Shown here: positions 51,351-63,920 of the stretch, in pieces
How positions within the stretch are numbered: position 1 is the first letter of the stretch
Layout: every line of letters starts with the position of its first letter
Source of the DNA: Paragordius varius
Taxonomy: Eukaryota; Animalia; Nematomorpha
NCBI GenBank assembly: GCA_964247055.1
Contig: OZ176060.1
Location: forward strand, 744,001-808,000
DNA length: 64,000 bases
Reading direction: 5' to 3'
Notes under the pieces: model-generated
Told to the model about the DNA's origin: nothing
What the model saw: only the letters and a program-made list of their open reading frames with translations
Database searches by the model: none
Made by a program: the position numbers and the translations under genes

Positions 51351-54300
51351 ATCGTCTGCTGTTTAAATAAAATTAAATTATCGTCTTTCCTAAAAATCAT
51401 AATCGTCTGCTGTAAGAAAATCTAATTATCATCTGCTTTTGGTATAAAAATAATACTGATTTTTTTTTAAAAAATATAATTTAACATTTGAATATCGTCT
51501 GCTCTTTAAGAATCATATTTTAAAAATTTATGATCATCTGCTTTTTCTATAGTAGATTTATAATCGTCTGCTCTTTTTTAGGAATTATAATCCAAAAACT
51601 TAATCGTCTGCTTCTAGAAAATTAAAATCGTATGCCCTTTATTATGGAATAAAATTTAAAAAGATATGATCTGCTTTATTAAAAATTATAATCACCTTAA
51701 TTATTTTAAAAAAATTAATTAAATTATCGTCTTCTTTTGGTATAAATTTATAATCGTCTGCTCTTTTTTATGAAATATAGTTTAAAAAGTTATGATCGTC
51801 TGCTGGTTTTTAGGTAAATATAATTTTATAAATTGTTCTTACTACTGCTGTTTTTCTGGTAAAGATTCCTATGATCGTCTGCTTTTTGTATTTTGGTAAT
51901 TTGTCAATATAATCGTCTTTTTTTTTAGAAAATTATCATATTTTAATTGTCTGCCATTATTAGGTAATTTAAAAATTACCGATTTTATGGGTTTTAATTA
52001 AATTATCGTGTGCTGATTTTTAATGTTTAATTATTTAAAATTTCTATTTGTCAGATTATACCATATTATAATCGTCTGCTGTTATGAAATCTAATTATCG
52101 TCTGCTTTTAGTATAAAATGGTTATTTTATTGTTTTAATTTTAAAATTTTATATATCGTCTGTTTTATTTTATAAATTTATAATCATCTGCTGATTAAGG
52201 TTAATTACCAAATTCCTAGTTTAATTTTACCATAAATTTATAATCGTCTGTTGTTATGACTTATCGTCTGTTTTAAGTATAAAATGGTGATTTTTTGTAA
52301 GATTTGATTTTAAAATTACCATATCGTCTGCTTTTTTTCCATAAATTTAAAATCGTCTGACCTTTTGAATATTTCACTTAAACTATCGTCTGCTTTTTGG
52401 TATAAATATATAATCGTCATTTTTTATTATAGCTATAAATTTATGATCGTCTGCTTTTTCTATTAAAAATTTATAATCGTCCGCTAGTTTTTTAGGTAAA
52501 TATAATTTAATTATATTATCGTCTCTCTTTCCTATAAATTTCTAATCGTCTGCTGTTTTTTTTGGAAATATATAGAAATTTAATTATCATCTGCTTTTAG
52601 TAACGATTTATAATCGTATGCTCTTTTTTTAGGTAAGATATATTTAAAAATTTAACTATCGTCTGCTTTTGGTATAGATTTATGATCGTCTGCTTTTTTA
52701 AGAAATATATTTTAAAAATTTAATTATTGCCTGCAAATATAATTTACGAAATAACTATCGTCTGCTTTTTGGCATATTTAATCGTCTGCTGTTTTTTAGG
52801 TAAATAATTTAAAAAATATTTATCGTATGATCTTACTATTGCTATTTATATTTTTATAATCGTCCGTTTTTTGTTTATTATAATATTGTCAATATGTTTT
52901 ATTCGTCTGCTTTCTGTTTTTTTGCAAATCATCTATATATTTTAATCGTGTGCTTTTTATATTTTGGTAAATTATCTATATATAATTGCATTTTTAAATT
53001 AATTTATAAATGTTGCTTTTATGGGTTTTGATAATATAATTATCGTCTGCTCTTCCTATAAACAAATCCTCGTCTGATTTTACAATACAATTATGATTGC
53101 CTGCCTGTTTTTAAATGTTAATTACCAACAAATTTCTAGTTTGATTTTACCATAAATTTATAATCGTCTGTTGTTATGACATCTAATTATCGTCTGCTTC
53201 TAATATTAAATGGTGATTTTTTGTAAGGTTTGATTTTAAATTTACCATATCGTCTGCTTTTTTTCCATAAATCGTCTGCTGATTTTTAAGGGTTATGCTG
53301 ATTTATTAAAGGTTAATTATCGTCTGCTTTTAGTTTAAAGTTTTATATATCGTCTGCTTTTACTTTAGTTTAAAATCTTTTACTGTTTTTAGTATTTTTA
53401 GTTTAAGTACTATTAAATTATCGCCTGCTTTTCCTATATTTTATCGTCTGCTCTTACTATAATTTCATGATCGTATATGGATAAGTATCGTCTGATTTTA
53501 CTATAGTTTAACAGCTGTTTTTATGATATTCAGTTTAACTACTTTTTAATTATTGTCCGCTATTAATTAATTATCGTCTGCCTTTTTAAATAATTTTATC
53601 GTCTGCTCATTTTAGGATTCATTGAGAATCGTTTGTACAATTTTTTTATATTTGTTTTAATTTTTTATGTCTTATAATTTATTTTTTTATTTTAAAATTT
53701 ATTTATTTTAATTTTAATTTTAAGTTTCTTATTAAAAATTATTTTTCTTTTATTATATTTATTAAAAATTATTTTTTTATATTAATTAATGTTTATATGT
53801 CATTTATTTCAGATTTTTTAATATCGTCTGTCAATTTTAGATATCGTCTGTCAGATATTCACAAGATGATTTATATTTTCGTCTGCTTTAGTAAGCAACT
53901 CGAAAATTTATAATCGTCTGCCTCGCTCTTTAAAATCAAATTTTAAATTTGTCTGCTTATATAGATATACTTACTAATTTTTATAATCGTCTGCCATACC
54001 AACAAGAAATATAATCGTCTGCTTTTTATTTATAACTCCTGTCATCTACTCTTATTAAAATTTTAATTATCGTCTGCCACATATCAGCAAACAAGATTTT
54101 GTAATCGAGATTCATCTGCTATTTATTTTATCAGCTTCGTCTAACATATATCATCAAATATTCGTCTGCTTTTTAATCTTTAAAATATAACATTCGTCTG
54201 CCTTTATATTATTTTTTTTAATCTATCGTCTGCTTTACACCTTAAATTAATTAATAAAAAATATCCGTAGTATTCGTCTGCCGTTAAAATATCTTAAAAA

Positions 54301-54984
54301 TCGTCTGCTATAAAAATGTTTTTATCGTCTGCCCAAATTTTATTTAAACTCTAATCGTCTGCTGATTTTCTTCACCTCTATATTTTTTAATCGTCTGCTG
54401 TTTAATTTATAATTATTTTATCGTCTACCCTAAATTTTGGGCTATATTAGAGTTTCGTCTGCAGATTTCAATTTGATCTTTTAATCGTCTGCCGATCTCT
54501 TAAACTATATTTAATATATCGTCTGCTCTGTTTTACACAAATCACTATTAGATAATCTGATTTTTAACAAAAAGTTTATAATTATAAATCGTCTGCTCAA
54601 ATATATATATATATAATATATTTATCGTCTGCTGATATAAACATTTAATTAATTTATATAATACTGCTGTTATAATTTATATCCCATTTATATCGTCTGC
54701 TCCTGATATAAAAATCCATATTTTTTAATCGTCTGCTGGTATAAAAATTTAATATTTTAATAATAATCGTCTGCGGCTTCTAAAAATTTATTTTATTGAT
54801 ATATTAATCGTCTGCTGTTATAAAATTTTACTTTATTGGTATAATCGTCTGCTGTTAAAATTTAAAATTTATTGATATAATAATCGTCTGCTCTTATTTA
54901 TATTCCATTTATATCGTATGCGGCTTTTAAAAATTAAAATTATTGATATATAATAATCGTCTGCTCATTATATAATCGTCTGCT
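51351..54984 (+). promoter_or_regulatory. Strand-polarised ATCGTCTGC(T) array upstream of cyclin A copy 2
   Basis: On the order of 100 copies by eye, same orientation, ending 23 bp before the ATG at 55008. Blocks are colinear with the 20403-24627 array but spacers have diverged. Confidence 0.65.
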
Positions 54985-55007
54985 ACTTATAAATCAAAGC
55001 AAGCATT

Positions 55008-56911
55008 ATGGATGAAAATGCCAATGTATTAAAAATGGCGGCGGCGGCGGCAAAAAACATGTGTTTTAATGATGAAACGGCGACATTAAAACACCTGATG
55101 GGAGGAAAATCAGCTGATGGCGAAAACAGCTGCTTTGCTCAAAAAGGTGTTAATAAAAAACGTAAAGCTCTCGGCGCCATAGATGTTAACATAAACAATG
55201 TTGCTAATAATAATAAAAGTTATGTAACTAATAATAAAAATTATGTGGCTAACAATGAAAATTGTGTAACTAATAATGAAGGAAATAATGCTAATATCTA
55301 TAAAAATTATGAAACTATCAATGATGATATTAATGTAACTAATAATAAAAATTCTATAATTAATAATAAAAATTATGTGGCTAATAATGAAAATTATGTG
55401 GCTATCAATGAAGGAAGTAATGTTAATATCTATAATGAAAATTATGTGACTATCAATGAAAGTTCTGATAATAAGAATTATGTAAATATCAATGAAGAAA
55501 ATTATGTAACTATTAATGAAAATAATAATGTTAATATCTTTAAAAATGAAAAAAGTTATGTAATTATCAATAAAAATTATGTAACTAATAATGAAAATTA
55601 CGTATCTATCAATGATGAAGAAAATTATGTAACTAATGATGAGGAAAATATTAATGTAACTAATAATGAGGCAAAACTGAACGATGTTAGTATTATGGAT
55701 TATTCTTTTAATGATTCTACAATGGAAAAAAGTTCTGAGGAAAAAACAGCTGATTTTATTAGGCTTGAAACAGCTGATGATTTACAAAAATGTTTTAAAA
55801 CAAAAACAACAGCTGATGAAAGGTTAATAAAAAGTTCTGAAGTAAAAACAGCTGTTACAAATTTTGATCTGAAAACAGCTGACGATTTAAATCACTTTGA
55901 TGCAAAAACAGCTGATGAAAGTTTTGAAGGCTCAGCTGATGCGAGTTTTAAACAAAAAACAGCTGATTATTATTTTAATAGTTCAAAGGAGGAAAAAAGC
56001 AGTTTTGAACTAAAATCAACAGCTGTTAAAAATACCGAAAAGTGTTTTTTTGAAACATCTGATGAAAAATCGTCATCAGGTGTTTCAATGACAATTTGCG
56101 AATCAGGTGATGTGACAAAAGTTGAACCATCAGCTGATAAAAATGTCATGGATATAAAAAGTTTGTTTTCATTTTTTATGAAAAATTTAAAATAAATAAA
56201 ATTTTATAATAAATAAGATTTTTTTATAATAAATATTATTTATAATAAATATTATTTTTATTTTAAATTTATGTATTTTAGAGAATAACAGCTGATTTTT
56301 ATTTTAAAATAACTGTTTAATTTATTAAATTGTTTATTTATTTTATATTTTTCAATTAAATTAAGTTTAATATTATCTTGAAATTAATTATTTTTCTAAA
56401 TTTTTTTGTTAAATATTACATTTATTTTATGTATTTTTTAAACTATTATATATAATTTAAATACATTTTTTTATATAAATCAAATATTTATACAATTAAT
56501 AAATTTAAATTATTTATATTATATATTTTCCATAAATTGATTTTAATTTTTTTACTAACAGCTGATTTAAGGTTTTATTTTTTCTCAGTTGATTTAAAAG
56601 TTTTTTTTTAATTTTAGATTAAAAAATATATTAATTATATATTTATAATTAGTTTATATTAAATAAGAAAAATTAATTAATATTAATTTTATTATTTTAT
56701 TTTTTTTACTAACAGCTGATTTAGTGAATGGCCCCGAAGCAGACGACGCGTTGTCGCTCGAGCAGACGGTAACTTTGCTCGATATGTTTTGTATGCCGGA
56801 ATATGTTTTGGATATCTTTCAATTTTTAAAGAATATTGAAGTAAAAAAAAATTTTATTTAAAAATATTTTAAAATAAAATTAAAATTTAATAAAAATATT
56901 ATAATAATTAT

Positions 56912-56965
<54 letters not shown>

Positions 56966-59900
56966 TTATTTAAAAATATTTTAATATAAAATATTTAAAA
57001 TATTAATTGTTTTTTATAAATATTTTATATATATATATATATATATAAATATTTTAAAAAAATAAGGATATTTTTCAATTTTTGAAGAATATTGAAGTAA
57101 AAAAAATATAAAATAAATGAATTATTATTTTTTTTAATTAATAATATTTTTATAAAATTATTAATTCTTTTTATTAATTTAAAATTATATTTTAAAATAT
57201 GTATTTAAAATGTTAAATATTTTTTATAAATAATAATTTTTTAACATATTTTTAAATAAAATAATGATATATATTAATTATTATTTATTTAAAAATATTT
57301 TTATTATTTATATTTTTTATTTAAAATATTTAAAACAATATTTTTTAAAACTAGCTAAAGTAATATAAAAAATATTTAAATATTAATCATTTTTTATAAA
57401 AATTATTTTTTATATAAATTTACAAAAAAAATTTTATAATTATTATTTCTAAAAAAAAAATTTTTTAATTAAAAATATATATATTTAAATAAAACTATTT
57501 AAAAGTAATATTAAAAATTAGTTTTGGTTTTTTTTTAAAAACTTTTATTTTATTATATTTAAATTTAAAATAATCCTTTATATTTTTAAATTTATATAAA
57601 AATATTGTTTTCTAATTAAATTATTATTTTATTTATATTAAAATTCATAAATATTTTTTTAATTTAAAATAAAAATTTTTTAATTTTTTTAAACAAATAA
57701 TTTTTTCTAGAATGAACTTAGACCCAAACCCACTTACATGAGTAAACAACCAGACATAAGTCACGTGATGAGAAGCACAGTCATTGATTGGTTGGTTGAA
57801 GTGTCAGCTGAGTATAAATTCAGCTGTCGCACACTTTATTGTGCGGTCGATATGATTGATAGGTTAGATTTAGAATGTTCTAGAATATTTAAAATCAATT
57901 TTAAAAAATTAAAATAAATTAAATATTTTTTATTTTAAATTTATTTATTTATATTCAAAGAAATAATATTTTTTAATTTAAAAAACTTTTTTTTATAGAA
58001 ATTAGAAAAATATTTTCTATTATTTTTTTATAAATTTTGTATTCATCAATATATGTTTTTAACATTTTTTATTTTTAAAATTTAAAAAAAAATATATTAA
58101 ATAAAATTATTTTTTTTAAAAAAAAATTAAGAATGAAAAAATATTATATATTAAATTTAATGTCAAATGTCGCACACTTTACTGTGCGGTCGATATGATT
58201 GATAGGTTAGCATTTAGAATGTTAGAATGTTCTAGAATATTCTGTATATTTTAAAATAAATTTTAAATTATATGAAAATTTATTTTTTTTATAAAAAGAA
58301 AATAAAAATTATTTCAAATATTTATATTTTATTTAATTATTATTTAAAAAATTAAATAATATAAAAAAAATCATTATAATAATTAATCTAATATAAAATA
58401 AAAAAACTATTCACAGAAATATATTTTTTAATTATTTAAATATATTTTTTAAATTTTTTTTTATGTTTAAATTCAATATTTTATAAAATTATGTTTTCAA
58501 AATATAATATTTTGAAAAGAATAAAATTTTAAATTAATATATATTTTTAATTTTTATATTAATTTTTTTTTATAATTTATTTTAGATTTTTATCGCTGAT
58601 GGCAGTTAGTCGCGGGAAATTACAGCTGTTGGCAACAAGCGCTCTATATATAGCGGCGTATTTTTTTTTAAATTTATTTTATTTAAAAAAAATAATTTAT
58701 ATTTTTTTGTAAAAATATATAATTTTTAAATTTTAACCTTATTATTCTTATAATTGATGTTTTTTTTAAAAAAAATAAAAAAATATTTTATTTAGTATAA
58801 TTTTTATTTAATTTTTAATTTTATTAGTTTTATTTATAATTTATGCTAAATATCAAATTTTTTTATAATTTTTAATATATTTAATAAATTTCTTATTTTT
58901 TATGAATAGATACTTTATAAAAATTTATATTATATAAAAAATTTTTTATTTTTAAAATATTTTAATTTTCTAGAATCGAAGAAATATTAAAAAATATTCT
59001 CAAAAATTTTATTTTTCTAGAAAATTCGAAGAAATTTACCCGCCTGATATAAATGAATTTGTTTAATTTAATAAAAAATATTAAAATGAATTTATTTTAC
59101 AATTTTTGAATTTAATAAAATATATTTTTATTTTTAAAATTAATAGACTTTAAAATTAAATTTTTTAATATATTTTTTTTTAAATTTTCCAGAAAATCCG
59201 AAGAAATATATATAAATTTTATATTGATAAATTTAATATTTTTATAAATAAAAATTATATTTTAATCAATATTTATATATTTTTAAATATAAATTAAATA
59301 TTATTTTTCTAGAAAATTCGAAGAAATTTACCCACCTGATATAAATGAATTTGTTTACATAACCGATAACACATATTCACGCGAACATGTGATTAGGATG
59401 GAACAGCTGATTCTCAAAGTTTTACATTTCCGGGTTGGAACATCAGCTGTTACGAGTGACTGGTTAGATGCATGCGTGCGAATTATGTTTACGAACCAAA
59501 AATCTGGTGATTATTATTTTAAATAAATGATAATGTTGATTAAAAAAGAAAAAAATGAAATATTATTAGGTATTAAAAAATATTTTCTAAAAAATATACA
59601 TTTTTTCCCTGATATCGGAAATTGAAATTTCAATGTACTGGTTAATTGGATGCGTGCGAAATATGTTTACAGGCATGAAATCAGGTGTCTTTTAAAATAT
59701 AAGATATTTAATTTAAATCTATCAAATTAATAAAAAAAAATTTTAATTCCTAAAATATGTCATTTTATGAGAAAAAAATATATTTTATTTTGACCGAAAT
59801 AAAAAAAATAAATGACTGGATGCATGTGTGCGAATTATGTCCCCCAGTCCAATAATCAGGTGTTTTATGATTAATTATATTTTTACTCATTTATTCATTC

Positions 59901-62900
59901 ATCAGGTGATGGGAAATTGACAGCTGTTCAAAGGAAAGTACACTATTTAGCAAAAGTATATAATTTAAAATATATTTTAAATTAAATAAATTTTTTATAA
60001 TTAAAACAAAAATTGTTTCTTATAAAAATAAAATTTTTATGTTAAAAAATATATTCTTATTTTATTCCTGTTTTAAATATTTTTTTATTCAAATAATATA
60101 TTTAATTAAAATAAATTAATTATAATTACTTATTTTTTTTATTAATTGTAATTTTTCATCAATAAAAAATCAATAAATTATTTTTAGATATATAAAAAAG
60201 CGATTTTTTGAAATTAATAAATATTTTTTTTAAATTATTAAAGCGATTTTTTGAAATCAATAATATTTTTGAGAAAATACATTTTTTAATCAGCTGTTAT
60301 AAAAAATTTATTTTAAATAAAATAAATTTAAATTATAAAAAAATATTTTAATTTATCCTTTTTTGACATAATATTTTTTAGCATTGCAATTAAATTATAA
60401 AAAAAAACTTGATATTTAAATAATTAAATAATAATAATAAATTAATATATTTGAAAGAAAATATTTTTTTGTTATCATAATTTTTTTTTACAAAATTTAT
60501 ATATATATTATTTAAAATTTAAAAATAATTTATATTTATTTAAATCAGCTGTTTTCATTATTTTTACAATTTTTTTAGTATTTATGCGAATTGTGTTTAC
60601 TGGAAGGCGAAACTTTTTTGTTCTTTGAACCGAGCAGACAAGTATCAGCTGTTTTATGTCTGGCGAACCTAACACTCAAACGCGAACCATATGTTTGATT
60701 TAATTTATTTTAAAAAAATTCTAAAATATTTTTTAAATATATATATATATATATTATAAATTATTTATTTTTAAAAAAATTATATATTCTTAAAATTTTC
60801 CTTTTGAAATTAATAAATATAGGTTAGGTTTTCTAGAAAAATTACATTTGAAAAAAATTAATTAACAAAAAGTTAATTAATTTCAAAAAAAATTTTTTAC
60901 AACAAAAATATTTTTTTATATATATTAAACTTATATTATTATAGTATTATAAAAAATAAAAAAAATTATTTTTTTAAATATAAAGCTGTTTTATCTCTGG
61001 CAAACCTAACCCTAAAGAGAGAACCATATGTTTGATTTAATTTTAAATATTTTAATGTTTTTGAATCATATATATAATTAAAATTTATTTTCATTATTAT
61101 AAATTATATATATATATATATATATATTTAGTTATTTAATTCTTAAAAAGGTTATATATTTTTAAAAAATTTCCATTTTAAAATTTTTTATATCTTAAAA
61201 ATATATAATTATTTTTATTTAATATATATAAAACATAATGTTAATTAAAAATAATAATTTTTTTATATATATTTTAAAATTATTATATTTTTATATTTAT
61301 AAGTTTTTATATTTTATAAATAAATAAAATTATTTTTAAAAATAAAGCTGGTTTATATCTGATTAACCCTAAATCTTAAGAGGGAACCATATATTTGATT
61401 TAATATTAATTTAATTTTACGAATAATTGTTAGAAATAATATTAATTTTTTAATTTTTTAATAACCCTTTAAAAAAAATAATATAAATAAATCAAAATTA
61501 TAAATAAATAAAAATTATAAATATTTTAAAATTATATATATATATATTTTATTTAATAAAATTTAAAAATAAATATTGAAAAATATCAAAAATATTTTAT
61601 ATTACATTAAAATTATTATATTACATATATAAAAATTATTTTTTAAAAATATTTAATTAATTTAAATTATTTTTTAGGAACCAATCCTAGAAAAAATAAC
61701 GGGATTTTCCTATAAAGATTTTCTCAGCTGTTTGCAAGCTTTATACGCCACGCAATGTAAATATTATCAGCTGTGCTGTAATCATATGGTAATTATTTTT
61801 TAATTTTAAAATACTTAATTTTTTTATTTAATTAAAATATCTATTTGATAAAATAATTAGTTTATTCATTAAAAATATTAAAATTTTTTAAATTTATTAA
61901 AAAAAAATATCAGCTTAGTCATATGGCTGATATTTAAATTTTTCCTATAATTTTTATTTTAAATAATAATAAATTATTTTATATTTTTAATTTTTTAACA
62001 AAAATTCTATCAGCTGTCCTGCCATATGGTTATTAGCATTATTTATTTTATTAAAAAGTATTTATTTATTTAAATAAATTTATAATTTTTTTTTAAAATA
62101 AAATAATATATCAATAATATAAATTATCAGCTGTAATAAATATTTTTTTATTTATAACATCAATTTTATTAAAATTCCTTTTTAAATAAGATAATTTAAT
62201 ATAATATTTTAATTTTTATATAATATTTAAATAAATAAATTATATTAATTTAATTTTTTATATTATTTATGTTTTAGGAATCCAAATCAACTGATAGTGG
62301 AAAACAACAGCTGTTTAAAGCCGTTTGGGAAAAATATTCTGCAATTGGGTTTTTATTAAATTAAATAATTTATTTTCTAACTATTTTTAAAATTAAAAAA
62401 TATTTTTATATATTAGGTTTATAATTAAATTTTTAGAAAAAATATTTTTCCATATTTTATTGATAATTTTGTAAAATATCAGCTGCTTTGATCAAATGAA
62501 AATAGTTTATTTTTCAAAAATCAGCTGTTTTAATATAAAAATTTAATTAAAATTAAAAATAAAAAATTATTTTATAAATAATATTACCAAATATATAGAG
62601 AGAAAAATTTAAATATTATTAAATATTTCAATTGTTTGTTTAATGATTTTTTATTAAAAAATAATATTTTATGTTTTGGTAATTATTCTTTTATATTTTT
62701 TTACTTAAAATTATATAGAATATAAAATAAAATTTAATTTTATTTCAAAACAGCTGTATAAAAAAAATTTATTTAAATAATAATACATTAACTAATTCTT
62801 ATATTAATATTAAAAAATATTTATTTAATTTATTTTATTTTTAATAGTTTTTTATTAAACAGCTGTAATTATAATTTTATTCTAAATTAATTTAGTATTT

Positions 62901-63340
62901 ATTTTTTTTTATAATTTTTTAATATTTATGAAAAATTTAAATAAATAAATTAAAAAAAAAATAGGGATATTAATATAAAAATAATATTTTTTAAATAATG
63001 TAATTTATATATTTCAAAATAAAAAATTTTAAAATTATTTTTTTATATTTTTATTTAAAACAGCTGTTTAAAATAAATTTATTTTATGGGTATTTAGTAT
63101 TTTTTTATATTTTAAAATGGTATATTAATATAAATACTTATTTTTTAATATTTTTTATTCAAAACAGCTTTTTTAATTCAAAACAACTATTTTAATAAAT
63201 ATATTTAATTATATATTATATTTAATAATTTTTTATTCAAACAGCTGTTTTTTAAAAAAATATTTTTTTTATTCTTTAGATTCGATGAAGTCTCAAAGAT
63301 GGAACCACCGCCCCCTTATAAAATTCTCATTAATAAATAA
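55008..63340 (+). CDS. CycA: Cyclin A, complete 10-exon copy (700 aa) with repeat-expanded N-terminus
   Basis: Exons 55008-56160, 56716-56840, 57711-57862, 58586-58657, 59313-59506, 59906-59955, 60579-60692, 61678-61788, 62278-62348, 63280-63340. 2103 nt, open, TAA at 63338-63340. N-terminal cyclin box as in copy 1, plus C-terminal fold [31 protein letters not shown]...[19 protein letters not shown]...[21 protein letters not shown], matching cyclin A C-termini. Confidence 0.9.
57065..62035 (+). repeat. Intronic reiterations of cyclin A exon ends (copy 2)
   Basis: Exon 2 end plus donor at about 57065. Exon 3 end at about 58165. Exon 5 acceptor plus start at about 58970, 59018 and 59188. Exon 5 end at about 59636 and 59813. 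Exon 7 end at about 60983 and 61346. Exon 8 end at about 61908 and 62008. Confidence 0.85.
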
Positions 63341-63887
63341 AATATTTTATAAACAGCTGTTTAAAATAAATATTTTTATATCAGCTGTTTGAAATAAATT
63401 TTTTTTATATTAATTTGATTTATTTATATATTTTTATTTTATTTTTTAATTATATATTTAGTTTTAATTCGAGATAAATATTTAAAAGTTTAATAAATCA
63501 GCTGTTTGAAATAAATATTTTTGTAAATATTTTAAATTTATATGTTTGCTTGATATATTACTTTTAAAATATTAAATATAATAAATATATAAATTATTTA
63601 TATAATTTTTGTAATTAGTTATTTTTTATTTTTTTTTATTATATAAATTTATTTATAATTTTTTATATTTTCATTTTATCAATTGAAAAAATTTATAATC
63701 AGCTTAAAATTATTTTTTTATATTATTATTAAATAATTATTATAAAATCTAATTTTTTACAAATTCTTAAAAATATATAATATTTTATAAATCAGCTGTT
63801 TGAAATATTATATTACACCAGCTTATTTTTAAAATCAGCTGTTAAATAATTTTTATAATCAGCTGTTATGAGTGGATTTTTTATTCG

Positions 63888-63920
63888 TACGTTTGCTTAA
63901 AGGTCACTACCCTCTTTTTA
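63888..63920 (-). other. Isolated GC island, possibly a terminal exon of a convergent minus-strand gene
   Basis: Minus strand aaaaag|AGG GTA GTG ACC TTT AAG CAA ACG TAC GAA TAA (RVVTFKQTYE*). Supported only by GC contrast with the surroundings. Confidence 0.2.

Larger units (their letters stand above)
4200..60170 (+). repeat. Tandem segmental duplication: unit 1 about 4200-30195, unit 2 about 30196-60170
   Basis: Same order in both units: chitin gene, stutter, 76-bp element, ATCGTCTGC array, cyclin A exons 1-6. Cyclin intron 6 homology (attaattgtaatttttcat(a/c)aataaaaa; about 30168-30195 vs about 60141-60170) stops at about 30195, where chitin-gene upstream sequence resumes. Confidence 0.85.
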
